Below, in pieces: positions 9,301 through 13,277 of a stretch of 13,277 nt of DNA. Every line of letters starts with the position of its first letter. Position 1 is the first letter of the stretch. The notes beneath the pieces were generated by a model that was given only the letters and a program-made list of their open reading frames with translations, was not told the DNA's origin and did not search any database. The position numbers and the translations under genes were made by a program. The DNA comes from Armatimonadota bacterium (GTDB taxonomy: Bacteria > Armatimonadota > Zipacnadia > Zipacnadales > UBA5352). Where the stretch lies: NCBI GenBank assembly GCA_034722055.1, contig JAYENL010000058.1:1-13277 (forward strand), given 5' to 3'.

Positions 9301-9786
9301 CACCAGGAGCGCGTGGCCGAGGCCCTGCGCTCGGCGCTGGGCGACATGGGCGTCGAGGTCCGCACCACGCGCGAGGTGCTCAACAGCTACATCCAGGTGC
9401 AGAATACCTACCTGACCATGTTCCTGGCGCTGGGCGGGCTGGGGCTGCTGCTGGGCACCATCGGGCTGGTGGCGGTGATCCTGCGCAGCGCCTTCGAGCG
9501 CCGCAGCGAGTTCGCGCTGATGCTCGCCACCGGCTTCACCCGCACGAACCTTACGTGGCTGCTGACCGTCGAGAACGCTGGACTGCTCGTGGCCGGAATA
9601 GCGGTGGGTACTATCACCGCGCTGATTGCGGTGGCCCCACACCTCGCGTCGGCGCAGGCAAATGTGAACTGGCGGGCGCTGCTGGCGGTGCTGGCAGGAA
9701 TCCTGATTGTGGGGGCAGGCTCGTGCGTTGCGGGCGCCAGGTCGGCGGTGCGCGGCGAGCTCATTGAGGCGTTGCGGTCGGAGTGA
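6379..9786 (+). CDS. Large ABC transporter permease with two FtsX/MacB-type modules, 1135 aa
   Basis: GTGA overlap with the ATPase stop. N-terminal amphipathic helix plus TM (LVLRSLAHYWRTGVVVVVGLAVATAVIVGSLVIG), then a ~490-aa extracytoplasmic region. First FtsX-like bundle (FSGLFLGMSMFLVFAGAGLGGTLMRLSADRRASQAGIMLATGF), further TMs and a second extracytoplasmic domain. Second FtsX-like bundle (FLALGGLGLLLGTIGLVAVILRSAFERRSEFALMLATGF) and typical C-terminus (LIEALRSE). Confidence 0.92.
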   Translation: MTAARLVLRSLAHYWRTGVVVVVGLAVATAVIVGSLVIGDSIQGSIRRTALGRLGVIFDAVTAPRFFRAALAEEANIWGHVEALIRVDGSARAEGSDAVIANVSVVGIDDGFWGLYPDASSYSLDPRSAIINEALAEDAGVAEGETLLITVSRPGEAMADTLFARREREETLATLRVMVEAILPDLGPGGFRLDPSTAMPRNVLVDREWLAEQIDEPRKANTVVLGPVPGPDGTYPAIGELRRTAVFGPSHPSRQRQQIKQAMTLEDHGLYLRRHGSYVSLFTEAITLTEAQIEAARQAADGLGLEGPRARRTSVYLADAIEVVGAPSRSIAYAVVANLHGKEGLPPIEGRSETGHAGVWLNEWALQDLGVGIGDGVDLRVRWRVSTPSGYEDRSAELPLGGVVAMRGLGADPGLVPDFEGITDAEHIDEWEPPFPIDLSRVSDRDEQYWDRYRAAPRAFVSTDLLKRMWQGPDGTGPWVTSVRIRPESDPSAFVEDYRQALLAELEPQDAGIAVRPVREQALEASKGTSDFSGLFLGMSMFLVFAGAGLGGTLMRLSADRRASQAGIMLATGFTARDAGRTVAAEGVMLSLIGTAIGTPLGVLYAHGIIRALATWWEGALGNAPALGLFVDPLTVMEGAAAALLVGVIATLWGVRAVSARPVLELLRGWQTAAVAPSGRRSWTLSALFLLLITATGLLAAALGGGLAEQSAFFGIGAALLLAALAGAHVVLTRAMRLRGASQSTLGLTLRSAASARGRSLLLVGLIAAATFVIVTVAANSRDFSGIDTEDRASGTGGFSLVATSSVPLRFDPATEEGRENLGFLPDEQEALADTVIISLPRSPGEDISCLNIARPTHPRLLGVTDEMIRRGGFPVTPAREPPGGNPWRLLSEEEGGGSIPAIGDAASVQWQLHSGLGKTYELNTPRGTRQLRFAGLLRGSIFQSELLVREDELRRLYPDIRGPSYFLVDTPEGHQERVAEALRSALGDMGVEVRTTREVLNSYIQVQNTYLTMFLALGGLGLLLGTIGLVAVILRSAFERRSEFALMLATGFTRTNLTWLLTVENAGLLVAGIAVGTITALIAVAPHLASAQANVNWRALLAVLAGILIVGAGSCVAGARSAVRGELIEALRSE

Positions 9787-10913
9787 GTGGCATGGCATGG
9801 ACATATCGTGGCACAATTGCGGGTGTTATCGCATCGCTGCTGGTGGCTGGTGTCGCCCCCGCTCCCGCCCAGACCGGGGCGGACTGGCCCATGTTCCGGG
9901 GCAAGGCTCAGAACACGGGTGTGGCCCACTCGCCGCTGGCCGACACCCTCAGCCTCAGATGGACCTACGAGACCGGCTCCTCGGTGGAGTCCACCGCGGC
10001 CATCGTGGACGATACGGTCTACGTGGGGACCATGACCGGAGCATTGGTGGCTATCGACCTGGCCAGCGGCAGCTTCAAGTGGAAGTACCTCACTGGCGGT
10101 GACGCCATCTCCGCCTCGCCGCTGGTCCACGGCTCTACGGTCTACGTGGGCGACGAGGGTGGCACGTTCCACGCGGTACGTGCCACGAACGGCCACGAGC
10201 GCTGGACATTCGAGACAGATGGCAAGATCATGTCCTCCGCCATCTGGGTGGCGGACTCGGTGCTCTTCGGCTCCTACGACAACAACCTCTATCGGGTGCG
10301 CGCCTCCGACGGCAAGGAGATCTGGCATTTCACCGCGGAGGCTCAGGTGCATTGCCCGCCGACCGAGGCCGGCGGCGTGGTGATCATCGCCGGCTGCGAC
10401 GGCTTCCTGCGCATGATCGACCTCGCGACCGGCCGCGAGAAGCGCTCGGCGCTGCTGGGCGGGAACTTCTCGGCCGCACCGGCCTACGGCTCGGGCGGCG
10501 TCTACGTGGGCTCCATGGACGGCCGCTACTGGGGCGTGCGCCTCAGCGACGCCGAAATCCTCTGGGAGCGGCAGGAGGATTCGCGTTCATCGGCGCTCTA
10601 TGCCGCCCCGGCGGTCATCGGCGACGCGGTCACATTCGCCTCACGCAGCAACGACGTCTTCCGCGTGGACAGGACCACCGGGGAGGTGCAGTGGACCTTC
10701 GCCACCCGCAGCGATGTGAACTCCTCACCGGTCGTCAACCGCGATCATGTAATCTTCGGCTCGTCGGACGGGAATGTGTACCGGGTGCGCCTCTCTGACG
10801 GCACCAAGGTCTGGAGCTACAGCACCGGCGGACCCATCAGCGCCTCGCCGGCCGTCGGACAGAGGCGGCTGGTCATCGGGAACGAATCCGGCGTGGTCTA
10901 CTGCTTCGGGTAG
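9783..10913 (+). CDS. Secreted PQQ-binding-like (BamB-like) beta-propeller repeat protein; start GTG 9783 or ATG 9792
   Basis: GTGA overlap with the permease stop. Signal-peptide-like segment (YRGTIAGVIASLLVAGVAPAPA), DWPMFRG leader and about eight regular ~40-aa blades (AIDLASGSFKWKY, AVRATNGHERWTF, RVRASDGKEIWHF, RVDRTTGEVQWTF, RVRLSDGTKVWSY). Confidence 0.9.
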   Translation: MSGMAWTYRGTIAGVIASLLVAGVAPAPAQTGADWPMFRGKAQNTGVAHSPLADTLSLRWTYETGSSVESTAAIVDDTVYVGTMTGALVAIDLASGSFKWKYLTGGDAISASPLVHGSTVYVGDEGGTFHAVRATNGHERWTFETDGKIMSSAIWVADSVLFGSYDNNLYRVRASDGKEIWHFTAEAQVHCPPTEAGGVVIIAGCDGFLRMIDLATGREKRSALLGGNFSAAPAYGSGGVYVGSMDGRYWGVRLSDAEILWERQEDSRSSALYAAPAVIGDAVTFASRSNDVFRVDRTTGEVQWTFATRSDVNSSPVVNRDHVIFGSSDGNVYRVRLSDGTKVWSYSTGGPISASPAVGQRRLVIGNESGVVYCFG

Positions 10914-10956
10914 CGGCGGCCGTGCCGGCTGGGACGCACGCGACACTCATCGACAG

Positions 10957-10963
10957 AGGAGGA
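10957..10963 (+). promoter_or_regulatory. Shine-Dalgarno sequence for the 10969 gene
   Basis: GAGGAGGA immediately upstream of ATG 10969 at typical spacing. Confidence 0.75.
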
Positions 10964-10968
10964 AGCCG

Positions 10969-12168
10969 ATGCGCTCACTCAGGCTCATCGCCATCGTGGT
11001 CTGCGCCATCACCGTCACCTCCGCCATCGCCGCGGACTGGCCCTACTGGCGCGGGCCCAATCGCGACGGCATCGCCCCGGACACGGGTATCAACAAGGAC
11101 TGGAACCAGCGGCCCCCGGAGGTCCTCTGGCAGCTCCCCATGCACGACAGGGGCTACGCCGGGCCCTCGGTGGCGGACGGCAAGGTGTTTATCATCGATC
11201 ACCAGGGCGACCAGGACATCGTGCGCGCCATCGACCTGGGCAGCGGCCAGGTCCTCTGGCAGACCAGCTACCAGGACCTGGCCGAGGCCGACCACGGCTA
11301 CTCGCGCTCCACGCCCGTGTACGATGAGGGCCGCCTCTACACCATCAGCTACCTCGGCAAGGTGAACTGCATCGATGCCGAGGATGGGCAGATCATCTGG
11401 AGCCTCGACATGCAGCAGCGGTTCAACGGGCGCAGAGCGCGGTGGGGATACGCCATGTCGGCGCTGATCGATGGCGAGAAGCTGATCCTGGTGCCCGGCT
11501 CACAGAACGGCTGCGTGGCGGCCGTCAACAAGAACACCGGAGAGACCATCTGGCACGGCGGCAGCAGCGACATCCCCGGCTACTCCACGCCCGTGAAGGC
11601 CACCATCCAGGACATCGAGCAGTACGTGGTCTTCACCGGCAAGTCACTCACCGGCGTGCGCGCCGAGGACGGGGAGCTTCTGTGGCGCGTGCCGTGGGAG
11701 ACGGAGTGGGACGTCAACGCCGCCACCCCAATCGTCTCCGGCGACCGTATCTTCATCACGAGCAACTACGGCCGTGGCTGTGCCGTGATCGCCGTAGAGG
11801 CTGATGGGGCGAGCATCCTCGGCGAGAGCAAGGGCATGGCGGCGCACTTCAACACGCCGGTCTACTACCAGGAATACCTGTTCGGTCCCAGCAATCCCAA
11901 CCTCGTCTGCCTCAATCCGCGGAACCTGGAGGTCATGTGGCAGCAGTCGGGCTTCGAGCGCGGTGGCGTGGTGGCAGTGGACGGCGTCATCATCGCCATG
12001 GCTGGCGCGACCGGCCACGTCGCAATGGTGGAGCCCACGCCCGAGGGCTACAATGAGCTGGGTCGCATTCAGCCGCTGGGCGGGCAGAGCTGGAGCCCGC
12101 CCATCATCGCCGACGGCAAGCTCATCATCCGCAACACGGAGGCCCTGGCCTGTCTGGATCTGATGTAG
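10969..12168 (+). CDS. Secreted PQQ-binding-like beta-propeller repeat protein, 399 aa
   Basis: Strong RBS before ATG 10969 (the 10774 start in the ORF track overlaps the previous gene). Sec-type signal peptide MRSLRLIAIVVCAITVTSAIA, then ADWPYWRGPNRDG. Blades AIDLGSGQVLW, CIDAEDGQIIW, AVNKNTGETIW, GVRAEDGELLW, and a terminal WSPPIIADGKLIIRN. Confidence 0.92.
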   Translation: MRSLRLIAIVVCAITVTSAIAADWPYWRGPNRDGIAPDTGINKDWNQRPPEVLWQLPMHDRGYAGPSVADGKVFIIDHQGDQDIVRAIDLGSGQVLWQTSYQDLAEADHGYSRSTPVYDEGRLYTISYLGKVNCIDAEDGQIIWSLDMQQRFNGRRARWGYAMSALIDGEKLILVPGSQNGCVAAVNKNTGETIWHGGSSDIPGYSTPVKATIQDIEQYVVFTGKSLTGVRAEDGELLWRVPWETEWDVNAATPIVSGDRIFITSNYGRGCAVIAVEADGASILGESKGMAAHFNTPVYYQEYLFGPSNPNLVCLNPRNLEVMWQQSGFERGGVVAVDGVIIAMAGATGHVAMVEPTPEGYNELGRIQPLGGQSWSPPIIADGKLIIRNTEALACLDLM

Positions 12169-12257
12169 GTACGGCAGGATCCGGAAAGGCCGAGGGGAAC
12201 ACAACAGCCGCTCTGAACGGGCGATGTCCAGCGACAGCGGCATAACGGCGCAACGGC

Positions 12258-12529
12258 GGACGCATCTGAAGATGCGTCCCTCCGGACGGCGTCCCTCCGG
12301 ACGGCGAATGATCTCCGCGCAGCGGCAACACGTGACACGACGGCAGGCAGGATGCCTCCCCCACGGACCACGGGGAACGGTGGCGCAGCACAGGACGTGT
12401 CCCCCGCACGCCAACACTCGGCGCGAACCACGCTTGCCGTCAACGTCGTCCGGAGCGGCGGGTCTTCGGACCCCTCGGCCGTTGCGTCGCCCTCCCTCGG
12501 CCGACGCGGACGCTGAGGTGCGTCCCTCC
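12258..12529. repeat. Cluster of REP-like palindromes plus a 15-bp tandem duplication in the convergent intergenic region
   Basis: Minus-strand GGAG-GGACGCATC-ttca-GATGCGTCC at 12258-12283. GCGTCCCTCCGGACG occurs twice in tandem (12274-12288, 12289-12303). Minus-strand GTGGGGGAGGCATCCTGCCTGCC at 12342-12364; plus-strand GGAG-CGGC-GGGTC-ttcg-GACCC at 12452-12473; minus-strand GGAG-GGACGC-acctca-GCGTCC at 12508-12529. Confidence 0.65.
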
Positions 12530-12549
12530 GGCCAGCGTACCTGCGGCGG

Positions 12550-13277
12550 CTACTGCGTCTCGGCAGGGAGCCTGAGGGTGACCGGCTGCCAGATTCCGCC
12601 CTGGTGGCTGCCATCCCAGACCCGCACGGCAAGCAGGTTGCTCTCCCCCGCCCTCACCAGCTCCGCGTCCAGCGGCGCCGTGAAGGGCATGTCCCAGCCC
12701 TCGTGGTGCGTGATCATCTCGCCGTTGAGGTAGACCCATCCCTCGCCATCGACCGCCCCGAAGTGCAGGACCGCGTCCTGCTCCAGCCACAGGGGCTTGA
12801 CCTCAAGCTTCAGCCGGTACCAGGCGTGGCCGTCGTAGTCCGGGTAGCCCTGCTCCTCCCAGGGCTTGTCGACCTCGATGGGCTCCCAGTCGGTGTCGTC
12901 GAGGTCAGGCGCGAACCACTGCTGCTCCACGCCCACGTCGTCGGGGTCGAGCTTGAAGCCCCAGCCGTCCGTGAGCCGGGCCAGCACCTCGCCGGTGGCC
13001 GCCTGCGCCCGCAGCTTCTCCACGCGCTGGCGGAAGCTCTCCAGGTCGCGGCCGAGGTACGACCCCTCGCGCACCACCGACGTGCTGACCACGCCATTCC
13101 ACTTCCCGCGGTCGGTGCGCACCTCGGTCACCAGGTCCTCGAGCATCTCCAGGGCGCGCTCGGCGGTCTCCAGGTCCTGTGAGCGGCGCAGGCGCGCGAA
13201 GGCCATCAGCCGGTCGGTGTACTCGTAGGTCAGCTCCAGCTTCGCCAGCCGCTGGCGCACGACGTCGCTGTCGGCCA
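12550..13277 (-). CDS. C-terminal part of a carbohydrate-active/binding protein ending in a GH2-type sugar-binding (galactose-binding-like jelly-roll) domain, possibly of DUF4838-type architecture; 5' end lies outside the window
   Basis: The frame stays open to the window edge (...ADSDVVRQRLAKLELTYEY). C-terminal motifs WGFKLDPDDVGVEQQWFAPDLDDTDWEPIEV, WEEQGYPDYDGHAWYR, LHFGAVDGEGWVYLNG, HEGWDMPF, NLLAVRV and GGIWQPV are characteristic of the GH2 N-terminal sugar-binding fold. TAG stop at 12550-12552. Confidence 0.85.
   Translation of the reverse strand, partial: ADSDVVRQRLAKLELTYEYTDRLMAFARLRRSQDLETAERALEMLEDLVTEVRTDRGKWNGVVSTSVVREGSYLGRDLESFRQRVEKLRAQAATGEVLARLTDGWGFKLDPDDVGVEQQWFAPDLDDTDWEPIEVDKPWEEQGYPDYDGHAWYRLKLEVKPLWLEQDAVLHFGAVDGEGWVYLNGEMITHHEGWDMPFTAPLDAELVRAGESNLLAVRVWDGSHQGGIWQPVTLRLPAETQ

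Noticed and set aside
7216..10352. Long minus-strand and alternative-frame ORFs (463, 311, 298, 341, 314 aa)
   Set aside because: They overlap well-supported genes and are Arg/Gly/Pro/Ala-rich off-frame translations typical of high-GC DNA.
9783..10913. Calling this gene bamB, or the ABC genes lolD/lolCE/macB
   Set aside because: There is no lipobox or Bam/Lol genomic context, and the permease is much larger than LolC/E. Only family-level similarity is supported.
12169..12257. Riboswitch or ncRNA after the last propeller gene (GCCGCT...AGCGGC stem, CCGGAAAGG)
   Set aside because: It lies between two 3' ends and I recognise no aptamer consensus. An Rfam/Infernal scan would be needed to support it.
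12274..12529. CRISPR array
   Set aside because: The repeats are short, non-identical, in mixed orientation and irregularly spaced, and no cas genes are present.
12069..13228. ORFs crossing the convergent spacer or antisense to the last gene (187, 169, 116, 192, 120 aa)
   Set aside because: They run through palindromic repeats or are antisense to the jelly-roll gene, with no motifs or convincing RBS.

Overview
High-GC bacterial DNA. Most of the window is one apparently co-transcribed + strand cluster with several overlapping gene junctions. In order: (i) a 5'-truncated PQQ-binding-like/BamB-like beta-propeller with a collagen-like Gly-Pro-X stalk and an acidic tail; (ii) a fused NuoE+NuoF (HydC+HydB/BfuC+BfuB-type) flavo-iron-sulfur protein carrying bifurcating-type signatures; (iii) a short NuoG-N/GltD-like hybrid (StnC/NfnA-type BfuA) that appears to have lost its NADP(H)-binding domain and one [4Fe-4S] cluster and has no hydrogenase or molybdopterin catalytic domain; (iv) a LolD/MacB-type ABC ATPase; (v) a very large tandem FtsX/MacB-type permease; (vi-vii) two signal-peptide-bearing PQQ-like beta-propellers. 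A convergent, 5'-truncated - strand gene ends in a GH2-type sugar-binding jelly-roll domain. The two large intergenic spacers (3804-4083, 12169-12549) contain clusters of REP-like GC hairpins, most with GGAG or GTGG feet. The most notable feature is a 'catalytically headless' bifurcating-type redox module coupled to a type VII ABC transporter and several exported beta-propellers, for which I know no characterised function. All family assignments come from motif recognition by eye, not database searches.
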